Positions 9,252 to 18,790 are shown, counted from the first letter of the stretch. The stretch: DNA of 64,000 nucleotides from Streptosporangiales bacterium (GCA_009379955.1 WHST01000013.1:8941-72940); one strand, 5' to 3'. Notes: a model not told the origin generated them from the letters alone. Translations and numbers: made by a program.

Positions 9252-10313
9252 TCAGTGGTCCGAAAGCTGGACCGTCATCCAGTCCGCCGTCTTCTGCCGG
9301 TGCCTGGCCGCGACGTTCATGCAGCCGTGGTTGCCGTCGTCGAGCAGCAGCAACGTCGTCTGGCCGGCCGCCTCGCTCGCGAGACGCTCGGCGTCGCGGT
9401 ACGGGATCAGCCGGTCGAGCCTGCCGGTCACGACGAGCAGAGGGCAGCGGATCGACGCCGTGCGCCCGTCCAGGCTCAGCGTGTGCGCCACCCCGCGCGC
9501 CTCGTCGTCGTCCGCCGACCACGACCGCACCCGGAACGCGTCACGCGTCAGCGCCGGCAGCTGGTCCCAGCAGGCGCCGAAGTCGTACGGACCCGCGAGG
9601 GCGACGCACGCCCGTACGCGCGGGTCGCCGCTCGCGATCCGCGGCGCGTAGTAGCCACCGAGGCTCACGCCCCACACACCGATGCGCGACGCGTCGACCC
9701 CGTCGAGCGCGGAGACGGCGTCGAGGATCACGGCACCGGGGACCTCCCAGTCCCCCTGGATGGGCAGGTCGTACTCGGCCTCACCCTGGCCGGGTCCGTC
9801 GACGCTGAACGTGCCGAGGCCGCGCTCGAGGAACAGCGCCTCCGTCGACCTGAACTCCTCCTTGGCGGAGTCGAGGCCGGGCACCATGACCACCAACGGA
9901 TGCGGCCCGTCACCCGCCGGCAGTCGCAGGATCCCCACCAGCGTCGATCCGCGGTAGGGGATCTCGACGCGCCGGCCCGGCGGGTCGAGATGCGGCAGCG
10001 CGAGGTCGAGGCAGCGCACCGCGGAGGCGTGGGCGACGCGCATCTGGTCGACGTCGTGCACGTAGAGGTACTTGGCGAAGTGGAAGTAGACGGCGGCCTG
10101 CGCGTAGTGCTGGCCCGCCGACCGCAGCCGCTCCTCCGCGAGCGCCTCGGCGGCGATCTCCTCGTGCTCGGCCGCCACCGCGGACCACGAGGAGCACCAG
10201 TCGTCCCAGGTCTCCAGCGCCTTCGTGACCCGTTCGAAGTCGCTGACCGCCACGCCGTTCGTGGTGAACCGGGGTGCCCAGTTCGCGATCGCCGACGCGA
10301 CGCGTTCGTCCAT
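9252..10313 (-). CDS. alpha/beta hydrolase (FrsA / dihydroxypseudooxynicotine-hydrolase-like layout)
   Basis: The track ORF 9252..10994 was trimmed to the ATG at 10313 (MDERVASAIANW...). The discarded N-terminal part is Ser/Ala/Arg-rich and antisense to the M24 gene. Nucleophile elbow GVSLGG. Confidence 0.8.
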   Translation of the reverse strand: MDERVASAIANWAPRFTTNGVAVSDFERVTKALETWDDWCSSWSAVAAEHEEIAAEALAEERLRSAGQHYAQAAVYFHFAKYLYVHDVDQMRVAHASAVRCLDLALPHLDPPGRRVEIPYRGSTLVGILRLPAGDGPHPLVVMVPGLDSAKEEFRSTEALFLERGLGTFSVDGPGQGEAEYDLPIQGDWEVPGAVILDAVSALDGVDASRIGVWGVSLGGYYAPRIASGDPRVRACVALAGPYDFGACWDQLPALTRDAFRVRSWSADDDEARGVAHTLSLDGRTASIRCPLLVVTGRLDRLIPYRDAERLASEAAGQTTLLLLDDGNHGCMNVAARHRQKTADWMTVQLSDH

Positions 10314-10330
10314 GAATGACCTCCACCACT

Positions 10331-10344
10331 TGCAATCGAGTGCA
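10331..10344. promoter_or_regulatory. near-palindrome TGCAATCGAGTGCA, candidate LacI-type operator in a 40-bp divergent region
   Basis: One mismatched pair. Lies between the divergent starts at 10313 (-) and 10354 (+). Confidence 0.35.
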
Positions 10345-10353
10345 TAGTTTCCG

Positions 10354-11547
10354 ATGATCGTTCCTGTGTCAACGACGACAACACGGGTCGGCGGACCACC
10401 GCCGCCGTTCAGCGCGGAGGAGCTGCGCGACCGCCGGAGACGCCTGAGCGAGGCGGCGGCCGCGCAGGGCGCCGACGTCGTCGTCGCGTACGGCGCGAAC
10501 CGCGCGGGCAGCTCCGTCGGCTGGCTCACGACCTGGCCGGTCACCAGAGAGGCCGTCGTCCTGCTCGATCCCGACGGGTCGGCGCGGCTGTTCGTCGGCT
10601 TCCCCAACCACGTACCGGACGCGCGGCGGACCGTCGAGGCCGCGGGTCTCGGCGATGAGGTGGGCGTGCTCGACGACGACACCGCGGCCGTCGTGGCCGA
10701 CGCGCTGAACCACGGTGGACCACGGCGGAGGATCGGCGTGATCGGCCCGGCACCGGGCCCCGTCCGCGCCGCTCTCGCGTCACGCGGCACGGACGTCGTC
10801 GGGCTCGACGCGGCGTACACCCGCCTGCGCACGACCAAGTCGGTGGAGGAGCTGGCGTGGCTGGAGCACGCCGCCGCGCTGACCGACCTGGCCGCCGGCG
10901 CGCTGCTCGACGCCGCGGGCGAGGGCGCGAGCGAGCGCGAGATGGTCGCCGCCGCGGAGCGCTCGTACCGGCCGGCGGGCGGCACGCACCACATCTGCTA
11001 CGTGACGACGACGCCGATGGCGGCGCCCGACCGGTGCGTCCCCGCCCAATGGCCGGGCGACCGCAGGGCCGAGCCGGGCTCGGTCGTCGTGTTCGAGCTG
11101 AGCGCGGGCTGGGGCGCGGACTACCCCGCCCAGCTGCTGCGCACCGCCACCGTCGCCTCTCCGCCGACGCCCCTGTACGCCCACCTGCACTGGGCGGCCG
11201 CAACGATCCTCGACGACCTGCTCGCCCGCATCCGTCCCGGCGTGCGGCCCGCCGACCTGCTCGACGTCCTCGACCCGTTGCGCGCGGAGGGGCTCACCCT
11301 CGTCGACGACCTCGTGCACGGCCTCGGCGGCGGCTACCTCCCGCCGGTGCTGAGCGGCCGTACGTCGCGGCCCACGGGCCTGCACGCCGAGCCGCTGTGC
11401 GCCGGCATGACGATCGTCGTCCAACCGAACGTGTGCACGGCCGACCTGTCGGCCGGGGTGCAGACCGGCGAGATGGTCGTCGTCACCGAGGACGGCTGCC
11501 GGTCGCTGCACGCGTTCCGGCCCGGGCTCCTGCGGGTCCCGCGGTGA
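10354..11547 (+). CDS. M24 family (creatinase/prolidase-like) protein
   Basis: 397-aa ORF with a creatinase/prolidase-type N-domain and pita-bread C-domain layout. The canonical HxxGHxxGLxxHE metal motif is not evident (VHGLGGGY), so it may be a non-peptidase member. Confidence 0.75.
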   Translation: MIVPVSTTTTRVGGPPPPFSAEELRDRRRRLSEAAAAQGADVVVAYGANRAGSSVGWLTTWPVTREAVVLLDPDGSARLFVGFPNHVPDARRTVEAAGLGDEVGVLDDDTAAVVADALNHGGPRRRIGVIGPAPGPVRAALASRGTDVVGLDAAYTRLRTTKSVEELAWLEHAAALTDLAAGALLDAAGEGASEREMVAAAERSYRPAGGTHHICYVTTTPMAAPDRCVPAQWPGDRRAEPGSVVVFELSAGWGADYPAQLLRTATVASPPTPLYAHLHWAAATILDDLLARIRPGVRPADLLDVLDPLRAEGLTLVDDLVHGLGGGYLPPVLSGRTSRPTGLHAEPLCAGMTIVVQPNVCTADLSAGVQTGEMVVVTEDGCRSLHAFRPGLLRVPR

Positions 11548-11683
11548 AGGGCGTCGGAAGCGGCGGCGGCCCGGGAGCACAGGAGCTCGACGAGCGCCGC
11601 GGAGGTGGGAGCCGCGATGTGACAGGAGGTCGCGTGAACGTCACCGCGGCTGCCGCCGGAGCAGAGCGAGGAGGCGGGCGCGC

Positions 11684-12760
11684 ATGAGCACAGAGGCGCG
11701 GAAGGGCCGCCGCAAGGCGGCCGCATACGATGCGGGCGTGCGACGACCGACTCTACGCGACGTGGCGACCCGTGCCGGGGTGCACCCGGCGACAGCGTCA
11801 CGCGCTCTCAACCCCGCGACCCGGCACCTGGTCAACGACGAGACGGCCGACCGCGTCGACGGGATCGCGCAGTCGCTGGGCTACCGACCCAACCCCATCG
11901 CGCGGAGCCTCAAGACCGCCAGGTCCGCGAGCGTGGGCCTGCTCATCCCCGACCTGACCAACCCGCTGTTCCCACCCATCGTGCGCGGCATCGAGGACTT
12001 CCTCTCCCACGTGGGCTACAACGCCTGGATCGTCAACACCGACAACGACGCCGAGCGCGAGGCCGCCGCCGTCGACTCGCTGCGCGACCGCAACGTCGAG
12101 GGGTTCGTGTTCGCCACCGCCCGGCTCGACCACCGGCTGCTCGAAGATCTCGCGGCGGCCGACACCCCCATGGTGCTCGTCAACCGGCGCGTGGCGAAGA
12201 CCGACATCCCGTCCGTCACAGCCGACGATGCCGCCGGGGTCGCGCTGGCGATGCGCCACCTCGCGGAGCTCGGGCACCGCACGATCGCCCACCTGGCGGG
12301 GCCACAGGACACCTCGACCGGCGTCAACCGGCTCCGCGCGTTCCGCCAGGCGCTCGACGACCACGACCTGCCGAACGTGCCCGAGCGCATCGCCGTCTGC
12401 GACGCGTGGACGGAGACGGCGGGCGCCGACGGCCTGCGGCGACTCCTCGACGCGACCGACGACTTCACGGCGATCCTCGCCGGCAACGACCTGATCGCGC
12501 TCGGCTGCTACGACGTCTTCGCCGAGCGCGGCATGCGCATCCCACAGCACGTCTCCATCGTCGGGTTCAACGACATCCCGGTGATGGACAAGCTCCAACC
12601 GGCGCTCACCACCGTCCGCATCCCGCAGTACGACATCGGTGCCGAGGCCGCGCGGCTGCTGCTCGACGAGCTCGAGCAGCCGAGCCGGCACCCGCGCTCG
12701 GTGCTGCTCCCCCTCAGCCTCGTCGTGCGCCGCTCCACCGCCGCCCCCACCCGCAGCTAG
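11684..12760 (+). CDS. LacI family transcriptional regulator
   Basis: HTH PTLRDVATRAGVHPATASRALN followed by a periplasmic-binding-fold effector domain. RBS GAGGAGG. Confidence 0.9.
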   Translation: MSTEARKGRRKAAAYDAGVRRPTLRDVATRAGVHPATASRALNPATRHLVNDETADRVDGIAQSLGYRPNPIARSLKTARSASVGLLIPDLTNPLFPPIVRGIEDFLSHVGYNAWIVNTDNDAEREAAAVDSLRDRNVEGFVFATARLDHRLLEDLAAADTPMVLVNRRVAKTDIPSVTADDAAGVALAMRHLAELGHRTIAHLAGPQDTSTGVNRLRAFRQALDDHDLPNVPERIAVCDAWTETAGADGLRRLLDATDDFTAILAGNDLIALGCYDVFAERGMRIPQHVSIVGFNDIPVMDKLQPALTTVRIPQYDIGAEAARLLLDELEQPSRHPRSVLLPLSLVVRRSTAAPTRS

Positions 12761-12846
12761 GTCCACGTTGATCACGTCAACGTGATCAACAGGGACTTCA
12801 CCTCGTGCCGGGACGAGGTGCAGTCCACGTTCACGAGGTGAGGTGC
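12761..12846. repeat. double-hairpin dispersed repeat, copy 1 (fills a convergent intergenic gap; probable bidirectional terminator)
   Basis: Hairpin 1: GTTGATCACG (12767-12776), loop TCAA, CGTGATCAAC (12781-12790). Hairpin 2: GGACTTCACCTCGT (12793-12806), 6-nt loop, ACGAGGTGCAGTCC (12813-12826), with 1 mismatch. The roughly 63-nt core is about 92% identical to 30921-30983. Confidence 0.6.
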
Positions 12847-13890
12847 CTACGAGGCGAGCTCGCTCACCAGGCGGTCGGCGTTGCCGCCCAGGATGAGGGC
12901 GCGCTGCTCGTCGTCGAGGCCGGGGATCGCCTCGACCGTGGCCACCGGGTCGGGGTCGCCCATCTCGAACGGGTAGTCGCTGCCGAGCAGGACGTGGTCG
13001 GCGCCGACGATGTCGACGAGCACCGCCAGCAGCGCCGGGTCGTGGAGCACCGTGTCGAAGTAGAGGCGCCTGAGCCACTCGCTCGGCGGCCGGGTCAGGT
13101 GCGCCGCGGTGTGCTTCGGCACCGCCGCGAAACCGCGGTCGAGACGTCCCGACTGGTACGGCAGGAAGCCGCCTCCGTGGACGACGCAGACACGGAGGGC
13201 GGGAAAGCGTTCGAGCACGCCGCCGAAGACCAGATGCGCCACGGCGATCGTGCTCTCGGCCGGGTTGCCGACGAGGTTGCGCAGGAAGTACCGGGGCAGC
13301 GAGCGTCCGGCGAGCGACTCGTACGGGTGGACGAGTACGAGGCAGCCGAGCTCCTCGGCCGTGCGCCAGAACGGCGTGAGCTCGGGATCGTCGAGCTCGC
13401 GGCCGTCGACGGTCGTCGCGATCTCGACACCGACCATGCCGAGGACCTCGACGGCGTGCCTGAGCTCGTCGCTCGCGTGCGACCCCGACTGCAACGGCGC
13501 GGTGCCGAGCGCGAGGAACCGCTCCGGGTGCAGCGCGGCGGTCTCGGCGAGCAGCTCGTTGAACATCCGCGCGTAGCGCGCACCCTCCGGCACGGGTAGG
13601 GCGTACGCCGTCAGGTCGATCCAGCTCGACAGGATCTGGGTGTGGACGCCGGCGCGGTCCATCGCGGCGATCCGGGCGTCGACGTCCTCGAAGTCCGCGC
13701 GCAGCGGGCCCGCGTCGACCCGGCCCGCGATCCGCGCCGTGCGCGTGCCGTCGCGGGTGACGATCTCGATGCCGTAGCGGTCTCCGTCTCGTCGCAGCGC
13801 CTCCACGAGACCCACCGGCATGCAGTGGGCATGTACGTCGGTCGTCGCCCTGTGCATGCCAGTGGAACTCGGACGCCCTCTCGACGTCAC
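12847..13890 (-). CDS. amidohydrolase_2 family protein (ACMSD-type metal-dependent hydrolase/decarboxylase)
   Basis: 347-aa ORF with N-terminal HxH motif (DVHAHC). Overlaps the upstream gene by 4 nt. Confidence 0.85.
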   Translation of the reverse strand: MTSRGRPSSTGMHRATTDVHAHCMPVGLVEALRRDGDRYGIEIVTRDGTRTARIAGRVDAGPLRADFEDVDARIAAMDRAGVHTQILSSWIDLTAYALPVPEGARYARMFNELLAETAALHPERFLALGTAPLQSGSHASDELRHAVEVLGMVGVEIATTVDGRELDDPELTPFWRTAEELGCLVLVHPYESLAGRSLPRYFLRNLVGNPAESTIAVAHLVFGGVLERFPALRVCVVHGGGFLPYQSGRLDRGFAAVPKHTAAHLTRPPSEWLRRLYFDTVLHDPALLAVLVDIVGADHVLLGSDYPFEMGDPDPVATVEAIPGLDDEQRALILGGNADRLVSELAS

Positions 13891-15056
13891 GACCGCGCCT
13901 CCGCCATGCGTGCGGCGAGCCCGTCGTCGGGCTCGAGGATCGAGACCCCGCCGGTCACCCGGTCGGACACGTAGACGCGGAGGTCCTCGTCGACGAACAG
14001 GTCGTTGGACTGGACGGCCTCCTGGCCGGACGGCGTGTCGGGCACCCAGTGCGCGACCTCCTCGGGGGCCGACGGATCCGCGAGGTCGTACACCCGTACT
14101 CCGGCGTTGAAGTACGTGGCGAGGACGATCCGCTCGCTGCGGTAGCTGCCCGGCCGGTTCTCGTGCAGGTTGTGCGGACCGAAGCGCAGACCGCGCTCAC
14201 AGAAGTCGCCCTCGGGCGTCGGGCAGACGCCGACGACGCGAGGGGCCTGCTCGTCACTCACGTCGACGACGCGGATGTGGTGGGGCTCCGCTGCACACCT
14301 GTCGACCACCACCTCGTCGGTGACGACTACGAGGTCGCGGCCCGGCAGCGGCAGCACGGTGTGCGTGTCACCGCCCGGCGACCAGTTCAGCCGGGAGACC
14401 TCCTTGGGCGCTGTCGGGTCGGCGATGTCGAGGATCACCATGCCGGCGTCGCCGTATCCGAGGTACGCGCGGTCACCTGACACGAGCGCATGGTGCGCCG
14501 CGTAGCGCTTGCCCGCGGGGGAGTCGGGCACCTCGCCGCCGCCCGCCCAGGTGCCTGGCCACCACCACCGCCCGGCCTCGACCGGCCGCTCCGGGTCGCG
14601 CATGTCGACCACGACCCAGATGCGGTCGTCGAAGCCCTCGGGGATCGCCGACACGTACGCGTGGTCGCCGCCCGTCCAGACGATGCGGTGCACGCCCTGC
14701 CCGGTCGACCTGAAGTAGCCGACCGGGCGCGGGTAGAACGGATCCTCGAGTGAGTACACGGCCATGCCCGCGGCGTACGGGTCGCCGCCGCGGAACCGTT
14801 CGTGGTTCACCAGCAGCAGGCCGTCGGCGACCTGCACCTTGTGCGAGTGGCTGCCGGTCGGCGCCGGCCACTGCTCGACGAGGACGGGCGCGGTCGGGTC
14901 GGTCACGTCGAGCACCGACGTGCCCATGCCGCTCGGCCCGAAGTGGCCGACGTACAGGGCGTCGCCCGCGCGCATGACCTGCATGCCGTCGCCGTATCCG
15001 CCGAGGTCGCTGTGCCCGACGGTACGCAGACCGCGGGCGTCGGCGGTTCCCGTCAC
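13887..15056 (-). CDS. LVIVD-repeat beta-propeller-like protein, function unknown
   Basis: 389-aa ORF with repeated hydrophobic-D-(x)-xDPxxP units (SVLDVTDPTAP, MVILDIADPTAP, RVVDVSDEQAP, RVYDLADPSAP). Confidence 0.7.
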   Translation of the reverse strand: MTGTADARGLRTVGHSDLGGYGDGMQVMRAGDALYVGHFGPSGMGTSVLDVTDPTAPVLVEQWPAPTGSHSHKVQVADGLLLVNHERFRGGDPYAAGMAVYSLEDPFYPRPVGYFRSTGQGVHRIVWTGGDHAYVSAIPEGFDDRIWVVVDMRDPERPVEAGRWWWPGTWAGGGEVPDSPAGKRYAAHHALVSGDRAYLGYGDAGMVILDIADPTAPKEVSRLNWSPGGDTHTVLPLPGRDLVVVTDEVVVDRCAAEPHHIRVVDVSDEQAPRVVGVCPTPEGDFCERGLRFGPHNLHENRPGSYRSERIVLATYFNAGVRVYDLADPSAPEEVAHWVPDTPSGQEAVQSNDLFVDEDLRVYVSDRVTGGVSILEPDDGLAARMAEARS

Positions 15057-15060
15057 CCGG

Positions 15061-16101
15061 TCAGCCCTCTTCCGACTTCGGATTCACCTTCAGCTTCAGC
15101 TTCTCCTGCGCCTGCCGGAGACAACTGAGATCGGCGTGGTCACGCCACTTGTAGCCCTTCGGCACGTCGCCCGCGGTGATCATGTCGCGGGTCCACTCGT
15201 CGAACCCCTCCGCAGGCGCACCGCCGTCGAGCGACCAGTTCTTGGTCATCTCGTTGGCCCACTGCTCGACCTCGCCCGCGGACGGCTCGTGTCCGTACTC
15301 CTTGCCGAGCGCGATCGCGGCGTCCCTGTTGGTCACGTGGTCCTTGCCCGCGGAGAGCCACTGCTTCGCGGCGACCCGGCCCTCGACGAACGCGCACACG
15401 GCGTCCTTGTTCTCCTTCATGGTCTTTGCCGTGACGACCCAGACCTCCTGCGGCAGGGCCTTGTAGTTCTCGTAGATCATCGTGCCGCCACCCTTCTTCA
15501 GCTGCGTGAGGTGACGAGGCTGGAGCACGGCAACGTCGATCTTGCCAGCGAGCAGCACCTGCAGCCGGTCGTCGGCGCCACCGGGCACCGAGACCCACTT
15601 CATCTTGTCCGGGTCGACGCCTTCCGCGGTGAGCGCCTGCCGACCGACCGCGATGTTGCGGTCACCCGCCGCACCGCCGCTGATCCGCAGTCCCTCGAGC
15701 TTGTTCGGGTCGACGCCCTTACGGATGCCGAGGAACTGGGCCTCGGTGTCCTTCTCGACCCCGATGATCTTGAGGTCGACGCTACCCTCGGCGGTCGCCG
15801 GCCAGATGTCAGAGCTCTCGCCCTGGGCCACCCACACGTCGCCGCCGATCAGACCCGCCATGTAGTCAGCGGTGGCGACGACCTTTGCCTTCTCGCCGAA
15901 CCCGAGATCGGGCCAGTAGCGCTTCTCGGCCGCGATCCAGCCGATCTGGTTCATGAAGTCGTCGTTGTCCATCGCCATGCGCACCTGGTCGAGCGACAAC
16001 GACGATCCCTCGTCGTCACCGCCACCCGAGCCGCACGCCGTGCCGAGGAGGGCCACCACCATCGCCAACCCGACGAACTTCACTCGCTTGATCCCTGGCA
16101 T
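15061..16101 (-). CDS. ABC transporter substrate-binding lipoprotein (NMT1/SsuA-like)
   Basis: Track ORF trimmed to the ATG at 16101, preceded by GAGGTGG. Lipobox VVALLGTACGSGG. Confidence 0.8.
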   Translation of the reverse strand: MPGIKRVKFVGLAMVVALLGTACGSGGGDDEGSSLSLDQVRMAMDNDDFMNQIGWIAAEKRYWPDLGFGEKAKVVATADYMAGLIGGDVWVAQGESSDIWPATAEGSVDLKIIGVEKDTEAQFLGIRKGVDPNKLEGLRISGGAAGDRNIAVGRQALTAEGVDPDKMKWVSVPGGADDRLQVLLAGKIDVAVLQPRHLTQLKKGGGTMIYENYKALPQEVWVVTAKTMKENKDAVCAFVEGRVAAKQWLSAGKDHVTNRDAAIALGKEYGHEPSAGEVEQWANEMTKNWSLDGGAPAEGFDEWTRDMITAGDVPKGYKWRDHADLSCLRQAQEKLKLKVNPKSEEG

Positions 16102-16175
16102 CTGGAGCCACCTCACTCGTTGGTCCCCCCGGTACTGTGCCGATGCTCGATTACGTCGTTGTACGGATCGCTGGC

Positions 16176-17003
16176 TCATACCGACCGCCAGCGAGATGCC
16201 CTGCCCTCCAACCACTGGGTGAGTCCCACGACCGCGACGCTGAAGGCGACGAAGACGAACAGCATCAGGTAGACGCGCGCGGAGTCGAAGCTCCGACCCG
16301 CGGTCACCATGACGTAGCCGACGCCGTTCGCGGCGGTGAAGAGCTCACCGATGAACAGGCCGATGAGGCCGCGCGAGACGCCCATGCGCACCGCCGTCGC
16401 GACGAACGGGACGGTCGAGGGGAGTACGACGCGGGTGAACACGAGCCTGCGGTCGGCGCAGAACGCCCGCGCCGCCTTGAGCAGCGTGCTGTCGACGGTC
16501 TTCACACCGTCCATGACGACCACCATGATCGCGGGCACCGCGCTGAGGACGATCAGCAGCACGCGCGCGGTGTCGTTGATGCCCACCCACAGCAGGATCA
16601 GCGGCATCAGGATCAGTCGGGGCAGGGTGTTGAGCGCCCAGACGTACGGCGCGATGGTGCGGTCGAGCGCCTTGACACCGCCGATCACCATGCCGAGCGG
16701 AAGACCGACGACGATCGAGATGACCATGCCGATGCCGTACATCTTCAGGCTCACCGCGATGTTGGCCCACAGCACGCCCTCGCGGTGCATCACCGGGATC
16801 TCGGCGAGCACCGAGCTGAACGTCGGGACGAGCAGGCTCGGGATGCCGGTGATCCTGACGAACAGCTCCCATGCCACGCAGAAGAGCAGCAAGTTGACGA
16901 TCGTGAAGACGACCTTCTGCCGGCGGGTAAATCTGCGGCGGTTCAGCGCGCGCAACGACTTGACGGTGGCCGTACCTCGTTCGCGCACCGGTGTCGTCGT
17001 CAC
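16176..17003 (-). CDS. ABC transporter permease (NitT/TauT type)
   Basis: 275-aa multi-TM ORF with a 4-nt overlap with the upstream permease. Confidence 0.85.
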   Translation of the reverse strand: MTTTPVRERGTATVKSLRALNRRRFTRRQKVVFTIVNLLLFCVAWELFVRITGIPSLLVPTFSSVLAEIPVMHREGVLWANIAVSLKMYGIGMVISIVVGLPLGMVIGGVKALDRTIAPYVWALNTLPRLILMPLILLWVGINDTARVLLIVLSAVPAIMVVVMDGVKTVDSTLLKAARAFCADRRLVFTRVVLPSTVPFVATAVRMGVSRGLIGLFIGELFTAANGVGYVMVTAGRSFDSARVYLMLFVFVAFSVAVVGLTQWLEGRASRWRSV

Positions 17004-17818
17004 AGCGACACTTCCTCACGCCAGCGCGACGTCAGCGACTCCAGCCGCTTCGACAGCGTGATGAGCACCACCGCGATGAGGACGAGCACGGCGACGAACG
17101 CGAACATCCGCGCGGTGTTGAACTGCCGCATCGCGTACATGACCTCGCGGCCGAGCCCGTCGGTGCCCACCGTCATCTCGACCACGAGCACGCCGACGAA
17201 CCCGCGCGAGATGCCGTTGCGGATGCCCGTCGCGATGGACGGGACCGTGCTGGGCACGATCACCTTGAGGAACAGATCGCGCCGGTTCGAGCAGAACGAC
17301 ACGGCCGCCCGGACGAGCGACATGTCGATCGAACGGACGCCGTCCTTGCAGCTGAGGGCGAGCGGGATCATCACGGCGAGGAAGACCATGCCGACCTTGG
17401 TCGTCGCGCCGAACCCGAACCAGAGGATGACGATCGGCACGAGCGCGATGTCGGGGGTCGAGAACACACCCCACATGTACGGCGAGGCGACGAGGTCGAT
17501 CCTCGGCAGCATCCCCACCAGCAGGCCGAGCAGCAGTCCGGCCACGACACCGAGCACCAGGCCGAGCCCGAGCGCGTACATCGTCGACAGGAACGCCGAC
17601 TGCAGCAGGCCGATCTGCCACACCTCGCCGAGCTGCTCGGCCACGAGACCGGGACCCGGCAGGAGGACGGGCTGGATGTCGCCGACCGAGACGACCACCT
17701 GCCACAGCACGACGAGCGCCACGAGCAGCGCGAGACCTGGCAGTCGCGCGACGACGGCCTTGCGGCCCGAGGCCGCGGGTCGGGGACCGCGGGGCGCGAG
17801 GTCGGGGACGGCGGCCAT
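17000..17818 (-). CDS. ABC transporter permease (NitT/TauT type)
   Basis: 272-aa multi-TM ORF, paralogous to 16176-17003. Confidence 0.85.
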   Translation of the reverse strand: MAAVPDLAPRGPRPAASGRKAVVARLPGLALLVALVVLWQVVVSVGDIQPVLLPGPGLVAEQLGEVWQIGLLQSAFLSTMYALGLGLVLGVVAGLLLGLLVGMLPRIDLVASPYMWGVFSTPDIALVPIVILWFGFGATTKVGMVFLAVMIPLALSCKDGVRSIDMSLVRAAVSFCSNRRDLFLKVIVPSTVPSIATGIRNGISRGFVGVLVVEMTVGTDGLGREVMYAMRQFNTARMFAFVAVLVLIAVVLITLSKRLESLTSRWREEVSL

Positions 17819-17820
17819 GG

Positions 17821-18630
17821 TCAGACGCTCGCCTCGACCTGGGCGGTGGACGCGGGCGCCTCGGCGGCGAGCAGGGACCAGACGCGCTCGCGCAGCTCGA
17901 TGTACTCCTTGCGGTTGCGGACGCTCTTGCCCCGTGGCTTGGCGAGGTCGACGTGCACGATCTCCTTGATGCGGCCCGGCCGGTTGGTGACCACCGCGAC
18001 GCGGTCGCCGAGGGTGAGCGCCTCGTCGACGCTGTGCGTGATGAACAGGACGGCCGCGCCCGTGGTCGCCACGATCCTGGCCAGCTCGTCCTGCATCAGC
18101 TCGCGGGTCATCGCGTCGACCGCCGCGAGCGGCTCGTCCATGAGCAGGATGCGCGGCTCGGTGAGGAGTGCGCGCGCGAGTCCCACCCGCTGGCGCATGC
18201 CGCCGGAGAGCTCGCGCGGGTAGGCGCGCTCGAAGCCGGCGAGACCGACCATCCTGATGTAGTGCGCGACCCTGTCGGACGTGGCGTCGTCAGTGCGACG
18301 CTGCATCTCGAGGCCGAACCTGACGTTCGCCTCGACAGTGCGCCACGGCATCAGAGCGTAGTCCTGGAAGACGACCGCCCGCTCGGGGCCCGGCCCGTCG
18401 ACAGGGCTGCCCTCGACGAGTACTTCACCCGTGGTGGGGGTGACCAGACCGGCGACGACGTTGAGGAACGTGCTCTTGCCACAGCCGCTCGGCCCGACCA
18501 CCGCGAGGAACTCCCCCGCCGCGATCTCGACGTCGAAGTCTCGAAGCGCGACCAGCGAGTCCTTCTCCCGCGCCCGGGAGAACTCGACGGTCACCCCTCT
18601 CGCCTGCACCGCTGGAGGCGTGTCCTGCAC
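17821..18630 (-). CDS. ABC transporter ATP-binding protein (NitT/TauT type)
   Basis: Walker [10 protein letters not shown], signature LSGGMRQRV, Walker B LLMDEPL. Start set at the GTG at 18630 (GAAGGGG upstream). The longer track ORF would overlap the LacI gene. Start is uncertain. Confidence 0.8.
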   Translation of the reverse strand: MQDTPPAVQARGVTVEFSRAREKDSLVALRDFDVEIAAGEFLAVVGPSGCGKSTFLNVVAGLVTPTTGEVLVEGSPVDGPGPERAVVFQDYALMPWRTVEANVRFGLEMQRRTDDATSDRVAHYIRMVGLAGFERAYPRELSGGMRQRVGLARALLTEPRILLMDEPLAAVDAMTRELMQDELARIVATTGAAVLFITHSVDEALTLGDRVAVVTNRPGRIKEIVHVDLAKPRGKSVRNRKEYIELRERVWSLLAAEAPASTAQVEASV

Positions 18631-18685
18631 GGGCGTCACCCCTTCTACCGGCGCCGTCGGCGGAGCCGTGGTGAGCCAAACCAGA

Positions 18686-18697
18686 GCAATCGTTTGC
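18686..18697. promoter_or_regulatory. GCAATCGTTTGC, candidate LacI-type operator upstream of the ABC operon
   Basis: Imperfect palindrome of the GCAAnCGnTTGC type, 56 nt upstream of the proposed ATPase start. Confidence 0.35.
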
Positions 18698-18790
18698 AGT
18701 GGAGTATAGGAAGCTCTGCGAGAGGTGTAAAGGGACGGCGCCCCGAATGTGCACAACCGATTGCGGCCTGCGAGCCGCAATCCCGGGTAC

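Noticed and set aside
10314-10994. N-terminal 227-codon extension of the alpha/beta hydrolase ORF
   Set aside because: It is Ser/Ala/Arg-rich and antisense to the M24 gene. Homology-like sequence begins at the ATG at 10313.
16102-16175. GTACAACG half-site in the SBP-permease spacer, considered as a further LacI operator
   Set aside because: Only one half-site matches the 5606-5619 palindrome and no dyad symmetry is present.
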